A stretch of 58,155 nucleotides of DNA. It comes from Deferrisomatales bacterium (GTDB lineage: Bacteria > Desulfobacterota > Deferrisomatia > Deferrisomatales > JACRMM01). The notes beneath the pieces are model-generated. The model ran no database searches and was not told the origin of the DNA. It saw only the letters and a program-made list of their open reading frames with translations. The position numbers and the translations under genes are program-made. The stretch covers positions 1 to 58,155 of the forward strand of contig JAWSUI010000021.1 of assembly GCA_033551855.1 (NCBI GenBank). The letters run 5' to 3'. How positions within the stretch are numbered: the first letter of the stretch is position 1; the number at the start of each line of letters is the position of its first letter. Below are positions 8,628 through 18,500 of this stretch, one piece after another.

Positions 8628-10330
8628 CGGACCGTGAGGAGCTCCGGCGGCGCCTGCTCCGCCTCGACGGAGGCCCCTACCCGGCCTACAGGGACATCAA
8701 GGGGTCCTACGAGCTCGCCGGATTCACGCTTCACGTGGACCACGTCCAGGGCGACCCCTACGCGGAGCCCAGCCGGGTGCGGGTCCGGGTCGCTCTGGGA
8801 CAGGCGGGTTTTTCCCGGGATCTGTGGGCGCATCCCAGCCGCAGGGTAGGGGTGTGCTCCTTTCTCGCGGACCGCTTCGCCTCGGAGGCCGGCCGCCTGA
8901 GCTCGGGGCGGGGCACGGGGAAGAGCGGGCTGGTGACGATCGACGCACCCGGGCAGGAAGTCCTGGAGTCCACCGCCGTCCTCCTCTCCGGCGACGCCCT
9001 GGAGGCTCGGTTCCGGGTGGGCCTCCCCGCGCGGGGGCGGAGGATCCTGGGACGGGCCGCAGCCGAGCTCCTCTGCGACGATCTGCCGGAAATCACGGCC
9101 CGCAGCCTCTTCTTCGCGAGCCTCGACCCCGAGGAGGTGCGTCGGCACGCCGACGTCAACGAGGATGCCGATTTCCTCCGTTCGAAGCTGCCGGAGCTCG
9201 GCCTGGCCGCCTTCGTCGCCGACGGCGCGATCCTGCCGCGTCGCTCCGGAGTCGATCCCTGCCCCATGCCTCGGGGCGCGGTCGCTTTTCGGAGCCCTCC
9301 CGGTCTCCGCGTGGAGGTCGATCTGCCGCGCGCCGGCCGGGTCTCGGGCATGGGGATCCCCCGGGGCGTCACCCTGGTGGTGGGGGGCGGCTTCCACGGC
9401 AAGTCCACCCTGCTCGAGGCCCTCGAGCTCGGGGTTTACAACCACCGTCCCGGGGACGGACGGGAGCTGGCGGTCACCGACGCCTGCGCGGTGAAGGTCC
9501 GCTCCGAAGACGGCCGCTCGGTGGCCGCCGTGGACATCTCCCCCTTCATCGGGGAGCTGCCTCTCGGGGTGGACACCCGAACCTTCTCCACCCAGGACGC
9601 TTCCGGCTCCACCAGCCAGGCCGCGAACATCCTGGAGGCCCTGGAGGCCGGGGCGAGAGTGCTCCTCATCGACGAAGACACCTCGGCGTCGAACTTCATG
9701 ATTCGAGACCACCGGATGCAGGAGCTGGTCTCCAAGGACAAGGAGCCCATCACCCCCTTCGTGGACAACGTGCGTCGGATCTGGGAGGAGCTGGAGGTCT
9801 CGACGATCCTGGTCATGGGGGGCAGCGGAGACTACTTCGACGCGGCGGACACGGTGATCGCCATGGAGGAGTATGTGCCCCGGGACGCCACGGTAGAGGC
9901 GAAGGCGGTGGCGGAACGTTGCCCGACCTATCGCCTGTCGGAAGGGGGGGAGCGCTTCGGCGCGCCGAAGGCCCGCCGCCCTCTGGGGCGGAGCCTGGAC
10001 CCGAGCCGGGGCCGGCGGGAAGAGAGCGTGAAGAGCCGCGGGGTGAAGACCGTGCTCTTCGGCACGGCGGAGATCGACCTCTCGGCCGTCGAGCAGCTCG
10101 TCCGTCCCGGCCAGCTTCGCTCGATCGGCGCGGCACTCCTCCGGGTGCGTGCCCTGGCCGACGGCAGGCGCGACGTGCCCTCGATCCTCGACGCCGTGGA
10201 GGCGGAGGTAGCCGCCGGAGGTCTGGACGCGCTCACCGGCCGTCCCCTCGGCGAGCTGGCGGCGTTCCGCCGCTTCGAGCTCGCTGCGGCCCTGAACCGG
10301 CTGCGAACCCTGGAGATCGCCCCCGGCTGA
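8624..10330 (+). CDS. ABC-class ATPase domain protein (ABC_ATPase/PF09818-like)
   Basis: DHVQGDPYAEPSR, GGGFHGKSTLL, STQDASGSTSQAANI, LLIDEDTSASNFMIRD, RRFELAAALNRLR. Confidence 0.88.
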   Translation: MTDREELRRRLLRLDGGPYPAYRDIKGSYELAGFTLHVDHVQGDPYAEPSRVRVRVALGQAGFSRDLWAHPSRRVGVCSFLADRFASEAGRLSSGRGTGKSGLVTIDAPGQEVLESTAVLLSGDALEARFRVGLPARGRRILGRAAAELLCDDLPEITARSLFFASLDPEEVRRHADVNEDADFLRSKLPELGLAAFVADGAILPRRSGVDPCPMPRGAVAFRSPPGLRVEVDLPRAGRVSGMGIPRGVTLVVGGGFHGKSTLLEALELGVYNHRPGDGRELAVTDACAVKVRSEDGRSVAAVDISPFIGELPLGVDTRTFSTQDASGSTSQAANILEALEAGARVLLIDEDTSASNFMIRDHRMQELVSKDKEPITPFVDNVRRIWEELEVSTILVMGGSGDYFDAADTVIAMEEYVPRDATVEAKAVAERCPTYRLSEGGERFGAPKARRPLGRSLDPSRGRREESVKSRGVKTVLFGTAEIDLSAVEQLVRPGQLRSIGAALLRVRALADGRRDVPSILDAVEAEVAAGGLDALTGRPLGELAAFRRFELAAALNRLRTLEIAPG

Positions 10331-10361
10331 CCCACCCTCGTCCCAACGGCCCCGAGAAGCG

Positions 10362-10408
10362 GCGGGCCTCCTGCCGGCGCCGGAAGGAACTCGGCCGGGG
10401 AGGCCCGC
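10362..10408. terminator. Stem-loop between convergent genes (possible bidirectional terminator)
   Basis: GCGGGCCTCC (10362-10371) and GGAGGCCCGC (10399-10408) form a perfect 10-bp stem. No strong U-tract. Confidence 0.4.
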
Positions 10409-10431
10409 TCTTCTGCCTTCCGCACACGCAC

Positions 10432-10968
10432 TTATCTGAATGCGACCCGGCGGTTCTTCTCCCACGCCGTCTCGTCATGACCCACGGCGGCCGGCCGTTC
10501 CTTGCCGTAACTGACGACGGCTAGGCGGTCGGGGGGCACCCCCTTGGCCAGCAGGTAATCCCTGGCGGCCGCGGCGCGCCGTTCCCCGAGGGCCAGATTG
10601 TACCGGTCGGACCCGCGCTCGTCGCAATGCCCCTCGATGGTTGCCGTCACCTCCTTGTTTTCCTGCAGCCACTCGGCGTGGTTCTCGAGAGTCCTCCGGG
10701 CCTTCGCGGTCAGGACGGACGAGTCGTAGTCGAAGAACACGATCTCGAGACCCCCGGCCGTTGGGGGGGCAGCGGTAACGGCCTCGCGCTTGCTGCTTTC
10801 CGCGATGATGTCCTCGATCGATACGGGTTCGGGCGCCGGCTTGCTGTCGACTTCGGTCACCGTCGGCGCGGGAGCCTCCTCCGCGACCCGGGCGGTCTTG
10901 CCGGCGCAACCCGCAAACAAGAGAAGCGAGAACAGGGCGAACGCGGTGGTGAGATGGGAACGAGTCAT
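10432..10968 (-). CDS. pal: Peptidoglycan-associated lipoprotein (Pal/OmpA C-terminal domain)
   Basis: AAGGAGG RBS, lipobox FAGC, VFFDYDSS, IEGHCDERGSDRYNLALGERRA, SYGKERP, NRRV. Confidence 0.9.
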   Translation of the reverse strand: MTRSHLTTAFALFSLLLFAGCAGKTARVAEEAPAPTVTEVDSKPAPEPVSIEDIIAESSKREAVTAAPPTAGGLEIVFFDYDSSVLTAKARRTLENHAEWLQENKEVTATIEGHCDERGSDRYNLALGERRAAAARDYLLAKGVPPDRLAVVSYGKERPAAVGHDETAWEKNRRVAFR

Positions 10969-11145
10969 GATGGCCTCCTTGGCAAGGGACATTTCCGTGG
11001 TGATGGCCTCGATCGACGGCCCGTCCGCCGATCGGGCATCGCACGGCGGGAAAGAACACTCCACACGGATCGGCCAGGTCCTCGTCGCCGATTGCCCGCA
11101 CCTGCTGTCTCCTTTGTGGCCTCCCACGCTCCCGCCCGAGGAGTC

Positions 11146-12693
11146 CTAACCCGCGGGCAGGAAATCGATCGGGTAGAGGATGGTGGTCGGGGGTACGTCG
11201 TCCTTCGGGCCGAAGTTGAACCGTTCCACCCGTGCGACCACCTTCGCCACCAACTCCGCAGAAGCCAGGTCGGTCGACTCCACCCTGCAGAACGAGATCG
11301 CGCCGTCCGGCTCGATGGTGATCCGCAAGAGCAGCTTCCCGCGAAGGGTGGGGTCCTTTCGCAACTCGGCGTTGTAGATCCGGTAGAGGGTCGCCTTGTA
11401 CCGGTCGAACACGATCTGGATCTCCTCATCGGTCCGCCCCGCCCCGGGCCCGTCGCTCAGGGGTCGTCCTTCCTCAGCTGTCAGACCCGCCAAGGCGCTC
11501 TCGACCTGGGCCAAACCGACGCCGCCGATCTGTCCGCCGGTCCCGTACCCGGTGCCGCCCTGCCCCGCGGTCGCGTACCCGTGGCCGCCTCCCTGGCCGC
11601 CGCCGCCGAGGTTGCGACTGACACCGTGATTGCTGATGCCGCCGCTGCCGCCCCCCTCGGCTTGAATGGCCACGAGGGCGCGCTGGGCTCGGGCCTGCCC
11701 CGGCATCTTCGGGTCGGTCTTCTGCAGGCGGGCCTCAGCCCCGATCTTGGCGACGGGCACTTCCTCCATCAGGTCGGAAAAGCTGCTCTTGAAGGCCAGG
11801 ACCCCGGTCTTTTCGGCCGTTTTCCTGGCGACCTTGGCTTCGCTCTCAGCCGGTTTGGCTTCGGGCGGGGGCCTTTCCGGTTCCTTCTTCGGTTCGACCG
11901 CCACCGCTTCCGGCGCTGCCGGCTTGGGCTTCTGCGGTTCGGCCTTCTTCTCTTCGGGCGCCTTCCGGGGCTCCGCCGGCTTCTCCGGCTCCGGTTCGAC
12001 TTTCTTCTCCTCGGGCGGTCTCTGCGGGGCCGGGGCCGGCTCGAGGGGTTCCTGTTTGACCAGCATCGCCAACCGCTGGGGAATGACGGGGACCGCCTGG
12101 GTCCGATCCGGCAGGGGGATGCGGACCAGGGGAATGGTGACCCCCAGGAACAGGCAGAAGAGCAACGAGATCCGCAGCGCCCGCTGAAAACGCCGGTCGC
12201 TCTCGGGGTCCTTCGACCAGGGCATGAGCGTTGGCCGAGAGGGGACGGACGAGATCTCCCGGTCGATCTGGAACTCGTCCAGGCGCCGCTCTTCCCGGGC
12301 GTACGCCTGCTGCACCTCGTAGTGGAACTCCTCGAGCTCGTCCCATTGCCGATCGATCTGGGTCCGGAGCGCCGCCCGCGTTTCCTCAAGCCCCGCGGTC
12401 TGTGCGTTGAAGTCCGCGATGCGGCCGCGCAGCCGCTCGCTGTGGACCGCTGCCGCCTCGCCGTTCGCCAGCCCATCCCAGAACAGGTCGGCGGCACCCA
12501 GGTCCTGCAGCCGGTCGAGAGCGGCACAGGCATCCTGGAGGATTTCGACCCGTTGGCGTTCCAGCGCAAAGGTTTCCAGTTCCGCCTCGACCTCCCGAAG
12601 ATCGCCTTCCAGCCGCGCGACGGCCTGCTGGCCCTCGTCGATCCGGGCGTTCAGAGGCTCCAATTCCTGTGCAAGCATCGATGTCGTTCTCAC
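11146..12693 (-). CDS. TonB/TolA-like energy transducer with AgmX/PglI-type C-terminal domain (GltG-like)
   Basis: N-terminal coiled coil, single TM helix (ISLLFCLFLGVTIPLV), Pro/Glu/Lys-rich linker, Gly-rich stretch, C-terminal RTDEEIQIVFDRYKATLYRIYNAELRKDPTLRGKLLLRITIEPDG...YPIDF. Confidence 0.8.
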   Translation of the reverse strand: MRTTSMLAQELEPLNARIDEGQQAVARLEGDLREVEAELETFALERQRVEILQDACAALDRLQDLGAADLFWDGLANGEAAAVHSERLRGRIADFNAQTAGLEETRAALRTQIDRQWDELEEFHYEVQQAYAREERRLDEFQIDREISSVPSRPTLMPWSKDPESDRRFQRALRISLLFCLFLGVTIPLVRIPLPDRTQAVPVIPQRLAMLVKQEPLEPAPAPQRPPEEKKVEPEPEKPAEPRKAPEEKKAEPQKPKPAAPEAVAVEPKKEPERPPPEAKPAESEAKVARKTAEKTGVLAFKSSFSDLMEEVPVAKIGAEARLQKTDPKMPGQARAQRALVAIQAEGGGSGGISNHGVSRNLGGGGQGGGHGYATAGQGGTGYGTGGQIGGVGLAQVESALAGLTAEEGRPLSDGPGAGRTDEEIQIVFDRYKATLYRIYNAELRKDPTLRGKLLLRITIEPDGAISFCRVESTDLASAELVAKVVARVERFNFGPKDDVPPTTILYPIDFLPAG

Positions 12694-12704
12694 GGGAGCC
12701 CCAA

Positions 12705-13199
12705 TCAGCTCTGCGAGGCCTTCTGGATCACCGCCAGGGATATCATCCCGTATCCAGAATCCGTGCAGGTTGTCATGATCTTCTTGAGCGCCCGGAAAGG
12801 GATCGACTTGTCGGCGAGGATGGTGATCTCTCGACTCTCGGCGACCGTCTTGGTGCTGATCCCGATGATGCTACGTTCCAGCTGTCCCAACCGTTCGCTG
12901 ATCGCGGGCACTCGCTCGCCCGTCGAGGCGAGCAGGTCGGGAGTCGCCAGGACGGCTTCCCCCTGCACCACCACGGTTTCGGGGCTGACCAGGATGACCA
13001 CCGTTTCCCGGGGCTTGGCTTCCACCACGGAATGGGGCAGCGCGACCTGCTTGGGCGTGGTCAGGACCTCGCTCGACGAGGCGTTGGCCAGCAGGAAGAA
13101 CACCAGAATGGTGAAGACGTCCATCAGGGAAGTGAGATTGAGGCCTGTCACCTTCTTCCGGTTCCGCTCCATCCGCCGGATCCGTCGGCTGTCTCTCAT
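12705..13199 (-). CDS. exbD: ExbD/TolR family protein (AglS-like)
   Basis: LNLTSLMDVFTILVFFLL TM helix with the conserved Asp; ITILADKSIPFRALKKIMTT. Confidence 0.88.
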   Translation of the reverse strand: MRDSRRIRRMERNRKKVTGLNLTSLMDVFTILVFFLLANASSSEVLTTPKQVALPHSVVEAKPRETVVILVSPETVVVQGEAVLATPDLLASTGERVPAISERLGQLERSIIGISTKTVAESREITILADKSIPFRALKKIMTTCTDSGYGMISLAVIQKASQS

Positions 13200-13687
13200 G
13201 GCGCATCTCCTATCGATACCAGGGGAAAGAGCGCCACCCTCTGCATCTCTTCGCCCGTCTCCCCGGTCAGTTGCGCCTCACGAACGGTGTCCATGACTCG
13301 AATCAGCACGTCGTACTCGATGTCCGGTTCCATCAGGACGGTCGCGTCGTCCTTCTGCGGGTAGTCGTTCTTGAGCCGGACGAGCATCTGGGACAGCCTG
13401 TCCAGGTCGTAGTCGCCGTCCTTCTTCGGGAGTGCCGCCACCACCTGGGTTCCATTGGCGAGCTCCAGCCCCTCTTTGCGCACCACCACCTCGATGGTGA
13501 AGGTCGGTTTGACGATCTCCGCGCCGCCGGCCGCGGTCGGCATGCTCAACTCCAGAATCGTGACCCGCGAGAAGACCGCGCCGATGAGCAGGAACGGGAC
13601 CAGGACCACCATCAGGTTGAGAAACGAGGTGATGTTGAGCTCGGGGGGCCCCTTGGTCCGCCTGCGGTAGTGATGTCGTCGTTTCAT
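13196..13687 (-). CDS. exbD: ExbD/TolR family protein (AglQ-like), Asn at the conserved TM Asp position
   Basis: ELNITSFLNLMVVLVPFLL; VLMEPDIEYDVLIRVMDTVR...LFPLVS. Confidence 0.85.
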   Translation of the reverse strand: MKRRHHYRRRTKGPPELNITSFLNLMVVLVPFLLIGAVFSRVTILELSMPTAAGGAEIVKPTFTIEVVVRKEGLELANGTQVVAALPKKDGDYDLDRLSQMLVRLKNDYPQKDDATVLMEPDIEYDVLIRVMDTVREAQLTGETGEEMQRVALFPLVSIGDAP

Positions 13688-14340
13688 GACTGGCCCGCCA
13701 GGTGGGGGCGCTTGGTGAAGTTCGAGATGCTGTTGAGCGCCTTGACCGACGCCATCTCCAGGCTGTCGACGATCTGGCCGGTGGTCGAGGTCAACTTGGC
13801 ATGGGCCAGCAGGAGCGGAATCGCCACCATCAGCCCGAACGCCGTGGTGTTCATGGCCACCGAGATGCTCGCGGAGAGCAGGTCGGCCTTCTCGGCGGGG
13901 TTGGCATTGGCGACGGCGGTAAACGCCTCGATCAGGCCCATGATCGTGCCGAGCAGCCCGAGCAGGGTCGCGATGTTCGACAACAGGCCCACATAGGGGG
14001 TGCGCTTTTCCAGCTGGGGGATGATCTCCATCATGCTCTCTTCCATGGCGATCTCGATGTCTTCCCGGCGCCGGACCGCCCCCTGTCGCGCCAGCCCCAA
14101 GGACAGCATCTGAGAGATGGTCGATGTGTCGTCGTTGACCACCTCGCGTGCCTTGTCGAAGTCGCCTTCCGACAGCAGCGGCTGGATCTGGATCCACATC
14201 TTTCGGTTCTGATTCCGGGTTCGGGCCAATTGCACCCAGCGCTCGACCGCGATGGCAACGCCGACGGCAAACACGAGCAGAATCGGGTACATGAACATGC
14301 CGCCCTTCTGAAAGAATCCCACGATGGAATAGGTTGCCAT
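13684..14340 (-). CDS. exbB: MotA/TolQ/ExbB proton channel protein (AglR-like)
   Basis: GGMFMYPI, ATLLGLLGTIMGLIEAF, ISVAMNTTAFGLMVAIP. Confidence 0.92.
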   Translation of the reverse strand: MATYSIVGFFQKGGMFMYPILLVFAVGVAIAVERWVQLARTRNQNRKMWIQIQPLLSEGDFDKAREVVNDDTSTISQMLSLGLARQGAVRRREDIEIAMEESMMEIIPQLEKRTPYVGLLSNIATLLGLLGTIMGLIEAFTAVANANPAEKADLLSASISVAMNTTAFGLMVAIPLLLAHAKLTSTTGQIVDSLEMASVKALNSISNFTKRPHLAGQS

Positions 14341-14415
14341 TTGTCTTCCTCCCGTATGATGGTTTATGGCGGAGTTTCTGATTGCGGTTGCGCGTCAAAT
14401 TCCCAGGCTACTCGG

Positions 14416-14727
14416 TTACGGCGCGTTGCTCGGCCTCTCGGTGCTGACGCGGTGGTACGTCAGCTGCCGCAGGAACACCTCGCGGTCGACCGGCGCGGCT
14501 CTCCCGCCCAACGGCATGTGCAGGCTGGTTTCGTCGCCGAGCTCGGAGCTCTTCCACGGGACGATGTAGAGGGACTTGGGAGCTTCGTCGTTTCCGACGA
14601 TCGACATACCGGACAGCTCCTTGGCCTCGCCCGGAGTCTGTCGTTGCTCCTGCCCGACATCCTGGGCCGTGGCCGTGAAGGTGCACAGAAGGGCCAGGCA
14701 CGCGCTGAGAATCACCATCCGACACAT
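14416..14727 (-). CDS. Small secreted GltF/CglF-like protein
   Basis: GAGGAG RBS, signal peptide, LSGMSIVGNDEAPKSLYIVPWK motif. Sits between the TPR genes and the motor genes. Confidence 0.65.
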   Translation of the reverse strand: MCRMVILSACLALLCTFTATAQDVGQEQRQTPGEAKELSGMSIVGNDEAPKSLYIVPWKSSELGDETSLHMPLGGRAAPVDREVFLRQLTYHRVSTERPSNAP

Positions 14728-14791
14728 ACTCCGTCTCCTCTGCTCTTCCTCTGTTGGGTTTCGCGTCCCGAGCAAACACCCGTCATCCGGC

Positions 14792-15508
14792 TCACTGCCG
14801 GAGGCGCTGGCGGAGGTCGGCAAGCCACACGATTGCCTGCTCGTCCCCCGGGTTGGCCGCGTGGTAGAGCTCATACTGACCGAGGGCGCACTCCAGGTCG
14901 TTCAGGTACAGCTCGCACAGAATGCCGAGATTTCGGTGCGCCGGGGCGTAGTCCGGGAATCGCGCCAGGACCTGCTCGTAGACCGTCCGCGCTTCCGCGA
15001 AGCGGCCGCCCCTGCGCAGGAGCAGCCCGTAGGCGTTGCCGGCCACCGGGTGCGCGGGAAACAGCTCCAGCGCCTTCTTCAGGCTCTCTTCCGCCGGCCC
15101 CGGTTGGTCGAGCTCCCGATAGGCCAGCGCGATGGCGGTGTAGGGGGCGGTGACGCCCGGTTCCTGGGCAATGACCTTCTGCAGCAGCGCGACGGCCCCG
15201 GCGTAGTCCTGCCGGTCCAGACAGTCCAGCGCCGCGGCGAAGTCGCCTTCCCACTCCTCCGGGAGGTTCGGGACCTCGCGGATGACGAACCCGGACCCGT
15301 CCGGGAGCGGCGTCACGCTGGGGCCGACCGGTTCGGCCGGGGGAGCAGGGCCGGCAACGGCCGGCTCCCCCGGAACCGTACCGAAGGTGGCGCAGCCGGG
15401 GAGCACGGTGAGCAGGGCCGCGAGGAGGGTCGATGCGACAACCACTCGGCCCCACCCGGAGGACAGGCGGCGCATCGCCGGGTTCTGGCTCATCGGGAAC
15501 ACCCTCAC
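14792..15508 (-). CDS. TPR lipoprotein (GltE-like)
   Basis: Lipobox LPGC; TPR helices; AHRNLGILCELYL...ALGQYELY...WLADL. Confidence 0.8.
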   Translation of the reverse strand: MRVFPMSQNPAMRRLSSGWGRVVVASTLLAALLTVLPGCATFGTVPGEPAVAGPAPPAEPVGPSVTPLPDGSGFVIREVPNLPEEWEGDFAAALDCLDRQDYAGAVALLQKVIAQEPGVTAPYTAIALAYRELDQPGPAEESLKKALELFPAHPVAGNAYGLLLRRGGRFAEARTVYEQVLARFPDYAPAHRNLGILCELYLNDLECALGQYELYHAANPGDEQAIVWLADLRQRLRQ

Positions 15509-18500
15509 CTCTCCGACGTCCCCGCCCCGTGGGCGGGTTCGCCGCTTACGATGGCCTGGTGATCGATCGCGACTGGGGCCATCTCCGCTGTCGCCTGATC
15601 CGAACCCTCGCCCGGCTCGCCCCGTTCGTGAGCCTCCGTCTCGGTCGCCTCCACCTCCGTTGCGCCTTCCTCTGCGCCTGCGAGAGCAGGAGGCTGCGGG
15701 CGGACGACCGCGTACGTGTAGCTCTCAAAGGAGGCGGTGACGGGGCTCTCCTGCTCCGGCTTGGCGTAGCGGGCCGGGACGAGTCCGGCCAGTCTCTGCA
15801 GGCTCCTGTCGATCCAAGCGTTGTAGATGCCGCGAGGGATCAGCTGGAGGTTGCTCTCGTGCACCTCGATCGCTCGTTCCTCGAAGGGGTAGGCCTGTTC
15901 TTCGATCGCCAACTCGTACTCTTCGAGCTCCAGGGGGCTCAGCTCCGTGGGGCGTTCGGACTCCAGCAGCGCCTGGCTGAAGTGGGCGAAGATCTCCGCG
16001 AGGTAGAAGGTCGCCGCGGCAGTGACCTCCCCGATCTCGTAGGCGAGAAGCCCCGTGAAGTCCCCCGTCGCCGCCCTCATCGCTTCTTGCTTCCGGGGCA
16101 GGGTTCGCTCGATCGGCAAGACCAGCTCGATGGCGACCAGCCGGGCGTAGCTCAGCTCGGCCAGCACCAGTGCCGCCTTGGCGGCGAGATACCGGGTCCG
16201 GGCGGTCTGCTCAGTCCCGGCGTCCGCCTCGACGGCGACGATGGTTCGGAGCTCGCGAAGGTAGCCCTCCCGGTCGTCGGCGGCCTTGAGGAGGTCGGCG
16301 ATCCGGTTGCGGGTCTCCAGGTGGGGCTGCACCGGCTGCGGGAAATGGTCGACGTACCGCTGATAGACCTGCAGCGCCCGGTCGGGCCGCTCGGCCTGCT
16401 CGTACAACTCTGCGGCGATCAACAGCGTTTCTTGCCGGATCTGCACGTCGTCGGTTTCCGCTTCGATCCGCTCATGCTCCCCCGCCGAGAGGGCGAGCTG
16501 CCCGTCCTCCCGGTACACGAAGGCGAGTCTCTTCGTCACCTGGGGCTGGAGCTCGTGCCTCGGGAAGGCGGTCCGGAAGCCCTGGAGGACCTGGGCGGCC
16601 AGCGGCCAGTCCTGGAGCTGAATCAGGGCCGCGGCGGCGTCGTACTCGGCGTTGGACCGGATCTTCGAGGTCGGTGCCGTGTGCCCGACCCGGAGAAAGT
16701 GGTTCGCAGCGGCCCGGAAGTCCTCCAGCACGACGGCCTGCTCCCCTTGCTTGTAGATCGACGCCGCCAGGTTGTCGGTGAGGGCCTCCCGGGTCTCGTC
16801 CTGCTCCGGGAGCAGGGCCAGCACCTGCAGATAGCCCTCTTCGGCCTCTGCGAAGTGCTGCAGCTCGTAGCTGGAGTGGGCGACGACCAGCCAGGCTCCG
16901 CGACGCACATCGGACTCGGCGGCCGGGAACGCGTCGATCAGCTTCCGGCCGGCGGCCAGCGCCTGCTCGAACTCCTGCAGCCCGTAGAGGTCGTCCACGG
17001 CGGCACCGAGCACGACCCCCGCCTTGTCGTGCTCCGGGAAGGTCTCGGCGAACTGCAGCGAGCTTCTCACCACCTCCCGCCGAGTCGCGGCGTCGTCGGC
17101 CGGTCCGACGGTGTCCAGATGGCGACGGTATGCGTAGACCGCCGCGTATCCCGCCGTCGAGGACCGCTCGTGGGGCGGGTAGTCGTAGGCGGTCTTCTCG
17201 TATTCCACGGCGGCCTCGCCGAAAGAGCGGTTCTCCATCAGGAGGTCGGCCAGCTGGTAGTGGATGACCGGCGACTCGCCTTCCCGCGGGAAGGAGGCGA
17301 GGAACTCCCGATACCAGTGCAGCGCCTCGCGGTAGTTCTCCGACGCCAGTTCCTGGGCCCGCGGGTCGCGGTACAGGGCATGGAAATGATGGGCCAGGTC
17401 GGTCAGGTTCGCTTTCAGATAGGCGAGAACCTCCGGCCGCTCGTTCGGCTCGAAGTGCTCCCAGTACTCGGCCTGCAGGCCGTAGTTGGTGGCGAAGGCC
17501 TTCTTGGCTTCGACGACCAGCGAGGGAAAGCCCCCGGCGATGTTGATCTCGATCACCCGCATGTGGAAGTGGGGCGCCTTCCTGTGGAACCGGTTCCGGC
17601 TGGCGAAGGCGTTGTAGGTCGCCACCGCGTCGGCATAGCGACGTTTGGTGTAGTAATACTCCCCGAGATTGCTGTAGACACTGTCCTCGTAACTTCGCCC
17701 TCCCTGCTCGGAGAAATAGGAAACCACCGAGTCGGCTCCGCCAAGATTGGAGAAGCTGAGACTGATGACCCGGAATGTGTCGTCCATTCGCTTGCGTTCC
17801 TGATCGTCCTCCGTCTGATCAAAGTCGTATCCCACCGATACCTGGTAATCGAGCAGGGCGATGAATCGGTGCAGTGCATCCTCGTACAATTCCTGCTTGT
17901 AGAAGGTCCACCCGAGCTTGTAGAGGGCCAGTCGGTACATCGAGGAGGCGACACCGAGGGACACGATGCTCTCGTAGGCCTCCTCCGCGTCCCGGTAGCG
18001 CCGGTGCGTGAAGAAGAACTCGGCCCGGCGGAACTGCACTTCGTCAAAGAAGCGGGACTGGGGAAACTCGCGCGCCAGCCGGTCCATGACCTCCATCGCC
18101 TCTTCGACACGCCCCAGTTCCTCGTAGGCGCGGGCCATCTGGTAGAGCACCTGATCGCTGCGCCGGTACGCCGGATACTCCGCGAGCAGTCTCTGGTAGA
18201 GTTCGATCGCCTCGCGGGCGCCGGCCCTGTCCAGGTCGTCGAACGCCGCCGGCTCCCTGGCCGGCAGGGCATCTCCGAGGGTCGTGCGCCGCTCGAACTC
18301 CGCGTCGGACTCGCCTTCCGCCGCCGCGGCCGCAGGCTGCGCAGTCACCAGGGACGGCGCCGGCGCAGGTTCCGGCGCCGACAGGGCCGGAGCCTGGTCG
18401 GCCAAGGGCCGGTCGCCGCTGATGAACCCGTATTCCTTCTCGATCTTCAGGTCGGCCAGCCGGCGAATCGCCTCGGGTGCCATCGGCGCATCCGGAGACT

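Noticed and set aside
12705..14340. Flagellar stator or ordinary TonB iron-uptake locus
   Set aside because: There are no flagellar genes and no classical TonB-dependent receptor; two ExbDs plus TPR and GltF/G-like neighbours fit the Agl-Glt-type core.
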